Assembly (NCBI GenBank): GCA_051294375.1
Contig: JBJCIZ010000239.1
Span: forward strand, 1,568,581-1,632,580
Reading direction: 5' to 3'
Length of the DNA stretch: 64,000 nt
Origin: Paraspadella gotoi
Taxonomy: Eukaryota > Animalia > Chaetognatha
This document shows, piece after piece, positions 40,818 to 54,013 of this stretch (the first letter of the stretch is position 1; every line of letters begins with the position of its first letter). The notes below the pieces were generated by a model that was not told where the DNA came from, did no database searches, and worked only from the letters and a program-made list of their open reading frames with translations. The position numbers and the translations under genes were made by a program.

Positions 40818-43005
40818 AGAGTATCGAATTCGAGAAAAACCGCGCCTTCGGTCTCACCGAAGCGGAACAAGACAAGTTAAAAGTGGCTAAGACGAGACCA
40901 GTATGGAAAAGCCAGAATGTTCGAACTTTAATAACTACTGTAAATTAAAATTTTCACGTAAAAGTTTAATTACAAAATAAGTGGCCTTTCCGACCAATTT
41001 CAATTCCGCACCTGAGATAAGAGGCGTCTCGGTCCGATCCTTCTCGATATTGCAAACCGATTCCCGACTTGGAGAAATCTCTGTTGTTCACGATGAGACA
41101 GAGTCCTTTGGGTTTGGTCAAGTTTCTGTAGACTCCGGGGCTGACGATCCGTTCGGCGATATGTTGTGGGATCGGACCTGAATTCCATAATACAGTTTGT
41201 TTTTTTTTCTCCCCCGTTTTTTTTTCTCGGAGATCAGTGGCGGGAATTTGCTCGTCAAACGAGAAAATTCGCGGCGAAAATGTAGTCCCAGTTTTATAAA
41301 TTCAAGTTTTGCCGGATTTTCTTTTTTTTTTCAACTTAACTATTAACAAGTTAAAGTGGCTAAGACGAGACCAGTATGGAAAATCCGCCGATCAGTAAGG
41401 AATCTCCATTAGGCCCAACTAATTCCCCTTGACTGCAAATTCCCCTCATCGTTGTTAAATCGTTAAGCGCTGACGAAATTGGTACTAATTTTGTCAAATT
41501 CTCGTTGAGGAGAAAAACATGACTCGAGCGGTTTAACTCTTGTTCAAAAGATAGGGTCGGGAAGCGAAACATGAGTGGCGGTTATACTCGGTTACTCCAA
41601 GATTTGATACGAAAGAAAATTTTGAAACTTCGGGAAAGCAAAGGTGGAGGAGGAGGAGGAAGAAGAGGAGGAGGTGAAGGAGGAAGAGGCTTGACTGTTG
41701 AATCGGCAAACTCGCAATTTTTTACACTTTATTGTAATTTAATAACGTAGAACGAAGTTTGACTCATTGATTGGTCAGTAATCCCAACTTTTTAAAAGAC
41801 CAAAATGTTAAACCTTTACTTAAGTAAGCCATAATTAGTGCCTTCCCTCAATTGCGTGTCTGTTTTCTCAGAAAAACACCTTTTACTTCCTCCATAGTTT
41901 TTTTTTCTGCTTTTTTTATCATGAAAACAATTTCCAATATGCAAATTAGATTTAAGGTTTATTTTTCGCGCTCACTTGGAATGAGCTTGACGTCGATGTC
42001 TATGCAGGTGGGGAAGGTTCTGATAGGGGAGTCGGGTGATCCGGCGATGTCGCCGTAAGAGCAAGAGAGCGACGCTGTGCCGGAGCCAGTCTCGGGGGAG
42101 TCGAGGCCGGAGAAAAAGGCTGTGGACGGAGAGGCGGGGCCGAAGATGCTCCCTGGGTAAAGGGGGGATCGTTTTCATAATTCACGTTGTACACAATGAA
42201 CAAACTTGTTAAAATGTTGATCTTATTTATTAAGTTTAAACCAGTTTAAACTAACCATACAAGGAATTGGGGCGAGAACTTCGCTTGGTCTTTGGACTTG
42301 GCAGCGGACTCGACTCGGTTTGTGCAACGACGTTGCCAAAATTGGAAGTTTTCATCGTCGGGGTTAGGATCTTTCGGGTGAGGAAAAGAAGATGGAACCA
42401 ATTGGAATCGATGGGGGAAAAAAAAGAAGACAATATCTTTTCTCGAATCGAACGAACCAGGGGTTGCAATAGGTGGGCAACAGGGTTCAAGTTGATGTCG
42501 GTTTTATTATCTTTTCCTTTGCGTTGCTCGACGAAACCGGGTTGGATTAAATCGCAGAGATGTTCTTGACTGAAAATGAAATTAAGAATGAATCATCGTC
42601 GGAACGGTGTCTAGGAATGAGTCATTCCAGAATGAATAAAATTCATGATTCAATGAGACTTAAAATGAATGAAATCTCGAAATAAAAAAAAAATAATGAA
42701 GAACTGAAAAGCAAGAAAACCTGAACCGCGCCTTCTTATTTCTCCCTGACTCACTCGGTAGCGAAGAGAGCCTCCAAAAAGGCTGGCAACGCATCTGGTC
42801 CTTTCTGCTGCAATCGTTGAAGGCAAAAGTAATTTCGATCCCTGGTTATTTTTTTGGCGCAAATTTGTTCCAGAGTTGATTGATTGAAGATTTTGGCGGC
42901 GAAGAGATGATGAACGAGGTCGTCCACGATCAGATCCTCGATGAGGCGAACCCAGTGCGTCCGCAACACCTCGCGGATGTCCGGAGAGGGCGGCGGCGTC
43001 GTCAT
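39269..43005 (-). CDS. CARD-containing initiator caspase (caspase-2/9-like)
   Basis: CARD (LRTHWVRLIEDL...KGPDALPAFLEAL), KPKGLCLIVNN, REGSDRD, VVLSHG, KPKLFFIQACRG, SDMLVSYST, GSWYVQ and KQMP. Ten exons. Confidence 0.93.
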
Positions 43006-43924
43006 GGCGATTATTGGTCGTTTTTTGTTTTGTTTTTTTTTTTTAAGAGGGATTTTACAAATTATTTATTTATAAAAATAAATAAATAAAGAGGAAGAGA
43101 CGGATTTTTTTATCGTTATTCTCCTGACATTTCCAAAAGCGTGAGTCTTATTTTCTCTCGCCCCTAGAACGACTCCACCCCGTCTTACTCGACTGAAAAA
43201 AAAGAAGCGATAAAATCAACGACGGCAAACGTTAACGTTTTCTCTTGAAATCAGTTATAGGCGCAGATCATTTCAATTTTGTATTCTTAATCAGGAATCG
43301 TAGAGTCAAAATTGAACCTAAATTTAGTCTAGCGGATAAAGAATAGGGACGAGGTAGAGTTAAAAAGGGACAAAATGGGAAAAGAGTTTGACCGTCTTCT
43401 CCTTCGTGGTTTATAAGTAATCATAAAAAAAAAACGCCTCAAAATCAACGTAATAACTTTCCTTTTTAATTTCAAAAAGTTAAAGCACAATTCTTATTCT
43501 TTTAATTATTATCCGTCAATAACGAGAACGAAGTTATTTAAAATTTAAGTCATAAATTCGGCTGACTGCGCCTTTTACTTCCTAAAATCATGCGGCAATA
43601 AATCGAGATTAAAGTTCGAAGACGAAAGAATAAAAAAAAAAAAAATTCTTCTGCGCGTTTATCAGTCAAAGAGTTAAAAACTCTCGACTCATTTTCCTCC
43701 ACAATCTCTTAACTCTTTAAATAAATCTTGACTCCAATGTCTCGTGTCTCTTACACATGTCGAATCAAGCATTGTCGTGGACATTGAGTTTTGGATAAGT
43801 TGAAAAGAAAGGGCGAAATAAGAAGAATTCGATTCCAAAGCACTTAAAACGAAAGAAAAGCTTTAAAGAGAAACACTACCAAAACAAAAAAAAACAAAAA
43901 AAAAACCCCCAACGTCCATCGGCC

Positions 43925-46369
43925 TCAACTCCCGCTCTTGACCCTAAGAACGACGGGAACCGAGGTGCAAGGAATCGGTCCTAACTCTGTGATGACCAAG
44001 GCGACGAGACTCGCCGGCGTCACGTCGTAAGCGATGTTGAGTAGCGCGAGTTTAGCGCCGGGTTTTTTCCATCGCTCCGTCAACGGAGAGCCGGGGAAGA
44101 GAAGGCGCGAGGGATCGCCGAGTTCGTTGGAGACGATGGCGTCGGTCTGGACGCGCTCGCAAAATTTGTAAGTCTCGCAACAGACGATGACGGGCTTGTT
44201 GGCGGATTTGGCGACGAGGGCGACTTGGGCGGCGCCGACGCGGGACATGACGCCGCCGTTGGCCAAGAGCGCCGCGGCGCCGAGGAAGACTTTGGAGACG
44301 GCGTCGACGACGTAGGCGGCGTGGTTGATGTCGATGTAAGTGAGGGGGATTCCGGCGGCGGAGAGGCGGCGGAGGAGTTCGCGCCCTTCGGATTTCGGGC
44401 GACCGTCGACGACGATGACGTGGAAAGAGGTTCCGCGGGCCTTCGCCTTGGAACAAGAATCGTAATAACCGCTTTAAAAGCTGCACAATTATTACTTAGT
44501 AGATTCTTTTATCAAGACATTTTAACGAGTTAAAGGAGCTTTTTTCATTTTAACCGTTGAAATATTCCTTACGTCCAGCAAGACTCTCGAAATGAGCGAA
44601 GAACAGGCGTAGGTCATAATTACGTCTCCGTCTTTGATTTTCTCTTTGGCGAAACCCGAGATGGCTTCGCTCGCCAGAGTGATCTTCTGGAGATACTCGT
44701 CGACTTTCTGCAGGAGGTGATCCTTGGCATCCTTCTCGGACAGAGCTCCGTCGAGTTGCGTGACGAAATTCCGGATGAATCGGACGAAGCTCGACTGGAA
44801 AATATGTTTTTTTCTTTACAATGCAGTTTAATGTGAGCAGATTAATTTAAGTTTGTCAACTTCATTTGCATATTGTCGAGTTCTGATTAAGTTTTGGATA
44901 ACTTTTCATTCTATAGCCCCGAGTGTTTAATATTGATTTTTTAGGTTCAATTAATAGCTAATAAATTAATTAATTAATAAGAATTATTAATATAAATAAC
45001 TTTATTATACTTTTAATTTATTCTTGCGATTCCAGCTGATTCTCCGAGGATTAAAATACCTTACCTTTCCAAAACCCTCACCTGACTGACGGCGAGCGGT
45101 CGACACCGATCGATAAAGTCGACGTTGGGTTTGAACTCGGAATCGAGATCCCGACTCATCTCCGTGTTTGGCCGCGTCGTGTAGTCGAGGATGAGTTGCC
45201 TCGTCGCCATCATCAGTCCGACGCATCGCGCGTTCGAACCCTGGATCTTGCCTTTTTTTTTTTTAATTTGGTAAATGTAAAAAAAAAATGATCAAAATTG
45301 TATCGCCGATTTCGATCCAGCTCCTCCGTCCTTACCCTCGCGAATCTGAAGGCCGACTTTGACGAAGAGCGGGTGAACCGTGGAGGCGGCGTTGAAGGGT
45401 AAGTCGAGGGTGAGTGAAGCGGCGCCGCCGTCGTAGGAAGGGAGATGATCGAAAATGCCCTTTTTCGATCCCGTCGCCTTTTTGACTTTTTTCACCTCGA
45501 CGGCGACGGATTCCGACTACGAATTTTTTAAAAAGATTATTTATAAAAAAAATTATTAACGATCAGATATTAAATAGCCTTACCGCCTTCGCCACCGTCT
45601 TCTCCTTCTGCTCCACGAATGGCTTTTTCGGTTCGGTTTTCGCCGCGGCGGCGACGACGGCTGCGACAACGGCGGCGCTCGGGGCCTTCTCGGCCTTGGC
45701 GGCGGCTTTGGCGGCCCGTTGGGCCTCCTGCTCTTCCCGTCGCTTCTTTCTCAATTCGGCCTTTGACATCGGGGCCGGCGCCGTGGGCTTAGAGTCGGTC
45801 GTCGAGGCGGCGGCGGAACCGTTCGTCTCGGCCAGGGGCGTCGTCGTCTTTGCAGTCGTCGTCGTTGCCGACTCCGGCGCAGCACCGCCGCCCGATTCCT
45901 TCGTCCTCGGCGGCGACGTGGCGCCGGGGACGAAGGCGACCGCGTTGGGATTAAGAGTCGAGGATTTGGCCAAACGCGAGATTCCGTCCGCGTTCGAACG
46001 CAACTGAAACGCGCGCTCTTTCGTCAACGAGGGAACTGGAGCCGAGGGCGCCGTGGAGGGAGTTTGTAGGGGGAGCTTGGCCGGGGTGCAGAATTCGGCT
46101 TTCGCGTCGGACGCCGTTGCATCTTTTTCCGGGGTCGTCGTCGATGAAGACTGATTCGACGCAGCAGGGGTCGACGCCGCAGGGGGCGCCGAAGCGAGCA
46201 CCGCCGCCTCGCCATTGGTCGTCGTTGTCGCGTTTCCATTGGTCGAAGACTCCGAAGCTCCTTCTCCCTTTCCCGTCTTTTTCTGTTTCTGCATTTGCTT
46301 TTGTTTCTTCTTGGCCTCGCGCTGAGCGCGTTTCTCCTCGGCCGACATCGCGGGGCCGTCGGCCTGCAT
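43925..46369 (-). CDS. EIF2B4: Translation initiation factor eIF2B subunit delta
   Basis: [66 protein letters not shown] and [10 protein letters not shown]. Five exons. Confidence 0.95.
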
Positions 46370-46478
46370 ATTCCTCTTTTAAAAAAGGGGACTGGAAAAA
46401 TAAATTAAGAAAACGGGGAAGGGGGGGGGTCAAAAAACGGGGTCATCGGGTTCAAAAAATAAGAAAAAAAAAAGGGCG

Positions 46479-47363
46479 TCATCGGATCGAATGAAATGTG
46501 GGATCGATTTCTTTCTCCGCATCGAATCCCCAATCTTCTAATCTCCGCCTTAACTCTTCCTTGCTCAGATTAGAATCGCAAAACTCCAACCGCCCGCCAC
46601 CATCTCCACTGACACCACCACACCGGCCCTCATCGTCTCCACGCCTCGAGACCCCCACCGTCATCATTCTCTCCTTACAGGGTCGCCCCCGCGAATCAAC
46701 GTCGACGTTGCGCGACTTCCAAGCGGCGAGGAATCGGTCGACGCCGCGCCGCTCGCCGCTCGCCGCCACGAGACGTTCGGCGCTCGAATCGGAGAGAGGG
46801 AAGACGGCGACGGCGACGGAGGATTCCTCGGCCAATTTTCGGAGCGACTTGGAGTAACGGCGCTCGTCGCGAATGTGGTCGAGTTTGACGAGAAGGAGCC
46901 AAGGAACCTCATCGTCTTTTTGACGTTGCTGTTGTTTCCGTTGTCTTTCGCTCAAAACATCATCCCTCGCCCCACCCCGACCCCCTCTCCCCACGCTTCC
47001 TCCCCATTTTTCCCTCGCTTCATCTTCGAGCGTCGAGATAAGATCGAAGAGGTGCGCCTGTCCCACTCGGTCGTCGGCGATGTGACGAAGCGCCGCCTCC
47101 GTGGAACGGATCGTCGACGGCGTCAGCGGGGGTCTCGTCTCGATCCGCATTTTCGTCGGCGGCGATCGCGGATAATCCGAGGGAAGGTCGACGATAAGAG
47201 TGACGGACACACGACGACCTTCTGAAACGAGGTTCAACTCCACCGTGGAAGAAACTTCGTCGAAAAGGACGTTATCTTCGCCGTATATGGCGCGCAACGA
47301 TGTCAATTCGTCGCAGAGTTCGTCATAAAGTTCGCCATAAATAACATCTTCATTTTTAGTCAT
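46479..47363 (-). CDS. RWDD3: RWD domain-containing protein 3 (RSUME)-like
   Basis: RWD domain (DELTSLRAIYG, LPSDYPRSPP) plus C-terminal LDHIR...VDVDSRGRPCKERMM. Single exon. Confidence 0.8.
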   Translation of the reverse strand: MTKNEDVIYGELYDELCDELTSLRAIYGEDNVLFDEVSSTVELNLVSEGRRVSVTLIVDLPSDYPRSPPTKMRIETRPPLTPSTIRSTEAALRHIADDRVGQAHLFDLISTLEDEAREKWGGSVGRGGRGGARDDVLSERQRKQQQRQKDDEVPWLLLVKLDHIRDERRYSKSLRKLAEESSVAVAVFPLSDSSAERLVAASGERRGVDRFLAAWKSRNVDVDSRGRPCKERMMTVGVSRRGDDEGRCGGVSGDGGGRLEFCDSNLSKEELRRRLEDWGFDAEKEIDPTFHSIR

Positions 47364-47708
47364 ATCGACGAGTTCTTTTAAATTTATTATTACCTTCTCG
47401 GCTGAAACGAGAGGAATGTAAAAATGTCAACTGACAAAAATATGTAATGATTTAACACACTCCTTACAAAAAGGTGGCGTCATTATGAAACACATTTTTT
47501 TAAGAGTCAATCGAATGAAAAAATTTAAGAAGAAGAAAAAAAAATATACAACTGAAGACAAGGAGAAAAGCGAACGGATTCGATGTGTAATCGTAATAGA
47601 TTAAAACGAGCCCCGCTTTTCATTTGACATTTCAACTGGTGACGGGCTTTTGAAGGGATCGAATCCGGGTAAAGCCCGCGTTATGTCCGGAGGCGAGATT
47701 CCCAAAGT

Positions 47709-48190
47709 CTAGCGACGCGGGGGTCCGCCACGTCCGCGACCCCGCGGGCCACGTCCGGGTCCTCTGGGTCCTCCGCGACCGCGTCCGCGTCCCATTCGGC
47801 CGCCCGGACCGCCGCGACCGCCTCCTCGTCCGCCGCGGCCGCCGCCTCGGCTCCTCTTGGGTCCGTCGTCGATGAGGAGCGTGTCGAGAGGCAAGGCGTC
47901 GGGGAGAATGTAATACCTTGGTGGGGGGCGGGAAGAGTTAGGTATAATTATTAATTAATAATATAACCAACGACAATTATTATTCCCTCTCACCTAATGT
48001 TGGATCCTCGGATGGAGAGCGTGTCCAGGCTTTGCGGTTCCTTGTTCTTGATGGTCATCTTGACGGCCTTGAGGTGGGTGTTCATGGCGACGTCGACGCC
48101 GGTGACGGTTCCGTGGACCTGAGTCCCGTTCTTCAACTCGATCGTCACCGTCTCGTGACTCAACTTCATCAGGAATCGGACCAACTTCAT
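47709..48190 (-). CDS. SNRPD1: Small nuclear ribonucleoprotein Sm D1
   Basis: [23 protein letters not shown]...[16 protein letters not shown] plus a GR-rich tail. One intron ~47917-47993. Confidence 0.97.
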
Positions 48191-48562
48191 CTTGGAATTC
48201 TTTTTCGGGTTTCGGTCGAAACGGAGAGAAATAAGGTTTTTATTTTAGTAGTTTATTGTTAATAAACTGGATATCTGGATGGGGAAGGGATTCAACAAAA
48301 AAATAATAAAACCAAAAAAAAAGACGATTGGCATAAATGATTTCGAAACAAATGACTTTGTTCAAGCGAATGCAGACAAGTTTTATGTAATTTTCTGTGA
48401 GTAACAAATACAAATACCCCTATACTTTGATCCTTATAAATATAAACTACGTCTACCAAGTCCGGCTTCTTCACATATTGCAAAGAAAACAAAAGCACTC
48501 ATTGAAAATATAATCATTTCCTTTTTGCTAATGATAAAAATGTTATTATTTTTGTGAAGCTT

Positions 48563-48616
<54 letters not shown>

Positions 48617-48618
48617 AT

Positions 48619-49489
48619 TCACTCGGCCTTCTCCCTAGACCCCAGCGCCTTCCCTCTCTGCGAGAACATGTAGCCATAAAGTCTGGGAAAGACGACGGCG
48701 TAAACGACGGCGACGAGTCCGAGAAAAAAGTCAAATGCGAAGGAAACATTGTTAGGGTTGGGCAAAGGGTAAGACCATTTGCCCGACGCCCGCGACGACA
48801 GCGCCGCGCGGTAGACGCAGAGCAGCTCACCGGACACGCCCAGCGGATAGAGGACGATGAAGGTCGTGTAGCGAAGGTAGGTGAGAGGGAAAGGAGCGGC
48901 TTTGAAGAGGGAGAGGGCGTAGAATCTGCAAGAGGGAAGAAACGTGCATATTGTTTCTTCCCGACAAGTGTTCTGATAAAGTAATGATAGCTCTATTACT
49001 TGGCACTTACGTCACTTAAACTTTAAAACCGCAGTAGTCTCATGCATAAAAATAGACCTAATTGGATATCATACCTCTCAAATATAACAATATGGTTCGT
49101 GTCACAATACAGTTGGTTTTTTCAAATTATTTCATAACTCACAAGTATCGAATAATCTCCGTGATGGTCCAGGCGACCAATAATGCGGCGAATCCCACCG
49201 ACGTCCGCGCCTCGGAAAATCCTTCCAAAATCGGCCAGACGAGAAAGACGCGGGACGCGAGTTGGAACAAAGCGGCGACGGGATTGGAGCGGACGAGGCC
49301 CGTCGCCGCGTGGACCACCTCCAGCAGCGCCAGGGTCTGGAAAATACGCAGCGGTGCCGAAACGGCGTCGTGGAGTCGTTCGGGGTCCTCGCCGAGGTGG
49401 AGGTGACGGGCTCCGAGGAAACCAATGTATGACCAGCCCGTGGCTTGGGCGAGGTTGTAAAAAAAGAGGTAGGCGGTGGCGGAGGCCAT
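48619..49489 (-). CDS. HACD: Very-long-chain 3-hydroxyacyl-CoA dehydratase (PTPLA family)
   Basis: YLFFYN, FQTLALLEVVHAATGLVRS, AWTITEIIRY, LRYTTFIVLYPLGVSGE and LYGYMFSQR. One intron. Confidence 0.93.
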
Positions 49490-49939
49490 GTTGAGAATTA
49501 GCGGCGCTGAAAATATTAACTGTAAAGCCAAGTCTGTACCCTTTTTATCCCTAGAATTGTTTAAAAAAAAAAAACGAAATATAAGCCGAATATAATCACG
49601 GATATCGTGTCGTAATAATTTATTACGTGTAAACTATAACGAAGTTTAAAAGATATATATAGATTTACTTCGATTCTGATTCTTTCCAACGAATAACGTT
49701 TCATAACGGTGTTCCAAAGGTCGTTATTATTTCGATTATTTTCCGCGGTAATGAACGATTTTTACAAATATTTAATGACAGAATTTACTGACTAGTTATC
49801 GATTGCAACTGGGCTTCATAAACGAACCTATAACGAGACAAGAAGGAACACAAATCGCTAGGTAAATACTAAAATAGTAAATATTAGCTAAAGATTTCTT
49901 TTTTGAAAGGGTAAAAGGGTGTAGGAGAGTTAAATCATA

Positions 49940-52900
49940 TCACTGGTGTCCGTCCCAGACGGACAACCGCCCATTGTTGAAGATAAGATTTTGCGTGGGC
50001 AGGTCGACGACGGCCTGGAACCGGTCGGTGCTGGTCGAGGGCCAGTTAGGGTTGGTCAAAACCCGCTGGGTCATCTCGTGACGTGACAGGGGGTCCTGCA
50101 TTGACACGACGAATCGCAGCAAACGCAGACTCAACTTCCGGCTCCACTCGTTCATCCTCTCCAGCGTCTCCTTGTGGAAAAGCTTCTCGGAAACGATACG
50201 CGCGCAGATTTCCGAGTTGAGCGCCGCGTCGAAGAGGGGAACGCCGAAGTGGCAGTCGAGGAGCGCCCAGTCTTCGACGCTGCCCTCCTCCGCCGGCGTC
50301 GACGCCGACTCTGGGCGTAAGGCACTTCCGGTTTGGCCGACTTCCGGCTTCGAGTCGATCCCGAGGACCTGGAGTTCGCGGGCGAGAATTTCGGCGCTCG
50401 TGTCCGAGATGACGCCGTTGAGCGGGTCCCGCGACCCGGCGTCGCCGGCGCCAGCACCGCAACTTACGCCAGCACCGTCGACCTTTCGACTCAACGGTTT
50501 CGTTCTCAAGAAAGTCACGTAGCCGCAGAAAGAGTCGAGACCGAAATCGGCAACGAGCGAACGAAAGGCGACGTGATTCGCCAAGGATCTCTTAGAGTCG
50601 GCGACCGGAGGGAAAGGCACTGTGGCGAGCGATCCGTCGAGGGTTGGGAAACAATGGGCCTGAGGAAATGAGGGGGTTGATTGGACAACCATGGGAAGGA
50701 ATGAGAAAATACTCAACGACTATGTTTCTTTTCACTCTGTCTTTTCTCTCTCTCTCTCTCTCTTTCTTTCCTTCCTCTCTTTTTTTTGTTATTCTATCAA
50801 TCCCAACCTGAAGTAGAACGGCAGAATGCGTGAGCGCGTCGTTGACAGCCAAAAGAGCGTTGGAGGTGGGCAGGACGCCCGTGTCGTGGCCCCACGACGT
50901 GATCAACAGCTGCGCGTATGGAGCGAAGATTTTGGGAAATGTGCGCAGGCGCGTTCCCTTGCAGAGGAGTAGCGAGGGAGGACCAGAGCCGGTCACGTGA
51001 TACAGGAAAAGTTTGAACCAGAGGGAATTGACTTCGGGAATGGCCGGACCCACGTGGTATGGGTCGATCTGGAAGGGAAACGGGGAGAAGGGTTACCGAA
51101 TTTTTGGGGGTTATTATCAATTGGTACTTTGACATTTCATAATGAAAAAAAGACTTCATAAGTAGTTTTTTTCGGTCATGCAGTAGCTCGCGATAAAAAA
51201 GGAGGGACAGAAAAAGGTTAAAAAAAAAAGGTCGTTAAATATTAAACTTTATAAAATTATTACAAAAACCAAGTTATAGTAAATTACAATTTGACTTTCC
51301 CCCCCTTCCATTTTCTCACCGAGGAAACTGGAGTGATCTCGTTGGACAAGGGAGACAAAGAGACGAGAAGCGCGTAATTTCGTCGGAGGATTCGAGCGCA
51401 GGTCGAGCGGTCCAGACTGTAGAGACTCTCGCAGCGGATTAGGTCCAGGCCGAAGCCGTGGCCGACGCCGTCAGGCCGTTCCACCAGATCAGGCGCCAGG
51501 CGAGGGTTGTTGCGGAGAAAGACGACGGTGTCGCGAAGGGTGACGGCGTGGTCGAAGTAGCGTTGAGCCTCGCCCTCCGCCTGGACCCGGGGTTTTTTTT
51601 TTTTTTTTTTAAGAATCATTTTTAAAAAAATAAATTTCAAGTTAGAGGAATAATTACAAAATAGCTAAAACCATATTTCATTATGGGATACGAAATTTTT
51701 TTTGCCTAATTAAAAGGACAACGTAATCAACTTTCAACGCACATTTTAATCTTATTTGCATATTGCAGTGCTTACACCTATTGATCTTAATGAATTTAGG
51801 ACAAACCGTTCCATGTAAAATTTAAAAAGATAATTCGAATTTAAAAATATTAATCTTCATAAGCAAATGCGTAAATTGTTGTCTTTTCCATAGCAAATGG
51901 GAAGTTAATTAGGTTTACTATTGCTGAATGCCTTAATGAAGACAAAAGAGAAATGTTTGGTGACAACAACAACGACAACAACAAATGGTTCTGATGTTCA
52001 CGGCTAAAGAAAGCTGACCTCTGAAAAATTTTCAAATGTAGAAATTGAAGTAGCGTAATTACATATGACGCTCAGATACTTGCGCCCCATTTGCATTAAA
52101 AAGTCTAGCGTCAAACTATTTTAAACGAATGCTTGAATATATTTTTAAAGTTAAAATACTTTTCCTCTGCGGAGTTTAAATCAGTGTATGTACATTCGAA
52201 TAGAATAAAAAACGATTTCCTACCTGCCTCTCCACTTTCTTCAACTCGGCCAAGAGACTGTCCAAGCTTTCGTCAGACAACTTGCCCACCTCGAACATCG
52301 TCACAGCGTGACTCTTCAAACCTGGTTCATTTTTTTAAAACAATATAACGATTAAATTTTTTTTTATAATTTTACTGCTTAAAAAAAGTATATATCCACG
52401 GACCCGGCGACAAATTGCCCATCATGAGAAAGGCAGTGAGGGTGGAATCGTAAAGAACGGCGATCCGTTTGAGAAACGTCGTCGCCGGCGTCGCGGCGTC
52501 TTCCTCCTCCGGCTTGGGCGTGGCCTGGCGCGGCGCCGCCGACAAAGAGGCGTCTTCAGCGGAGTCGGTCATCGCCTCGGGAAGGAGGGAGGGATCGTCC
52601 AAGGCCTGTTGGCGGAGAAAAGGTTAAACAGAGCCGAAAATGAGATGATAACGACGACGACGACGATAANNNNNNNNNNTGGGGTTGTTGTTGTTGTTGT
52701 TGTTGACTACAAAGCTTTCATTTCTCATTTTGTCTATTTTTTCCTTTCTTTTTCTTTCTCCTTTTTTGTACTTTCTGTCGCCTAGATTTCTTTGTCTGCC
52801 ACCATTGATTTCTTTCATTGCGTCTTTTTCTCTCTCTCTAACCTTCAGCGACGTTGTTGTTACAGTTGGCGGCAGAACTCGCGTGCCAGTGCTGCCAGGA

Positions 52901-53936
52901 AGGGTGCTGCTCCTGCGAGGCTGCCGCGGCGGCGTCGTTCTTTTTTCGCGCGAAGCCGAGGCGACAATACATGGAGACGGCGTGCTTGACGAGGTGGAGG
53001 CGAATCTGGAGGACGGAGGCCAACTCCGCCACTGACGTCTGCTCGTCGATGGAGACGAAGATCTTGTAGAGGAGCGTCTCGAAGTAGTCGCCCAAGACGC
53101 GGTTCATCACGAAGCCTTTTCAAGTAATTCATTTTTATCCGTTTATTTTTAGTTTCTTTTGTAAATTATAAATAAATTTAACGGGTTTTTATACAAACTG
53201 GATCCTCTATTAATTTAAATTATAAAAATAAATGACATTATCGAACACTACAATCGAAACCCCCTGAAAATCGACTGAAACCACGGATTTCCAATTCTTT
53301 TACGATAAAATTAAGGCGCGAATCTAAAATTCGTTAGGCTACATCATGCTACATTACGCAAATTTGTCAATTTGTTCATTAATATCGAATACGCACCCTC
53401 TAGCGGCGGCATCGTGATGCAATCGTCGTCGTCGATCGGAACGTCGAGGTAGATGAGTCCGCGGTTGTAGAGTTTGTGCACCACCTGAAAATCCATGTCG
53501 CCGGCTGCGAACATGAGATATTTAACTAGATTAATTTACTTTTAACAAGTTTTTAATTATAACAATATAATTCTAATTACAATATAAGCAACGATTTCCG
53601 TACCAGGCTGCGGACCCGCGTCGATGATTCGATCGATGGCGGCTTTCTCTGGGACAGTGCAACTCCGAACGTCGTCCTCGGTCACATAACCGGCCTAAGT
53701 AGCAAACAAACAAAACCAGAGATTATTAAATAATTAATTATTAATAATACGAACGAGTGCTTATTATCATCATAATACCGACCTGCACGATCCAACCGGG
53801 ATGGATTTCGACGGTAGAAACGGGCTTCAACGGGAGCAACTCGCGAATCGGTTTCGATCGGAACAGACGCCGACCCGACCTGGAAGATAATAAGTTGTCC
53901 TTGTCATTTCGGCATTCCCCATGCCAATTTCTGTCG

Positions 53937-54013
<77 letters not shown>

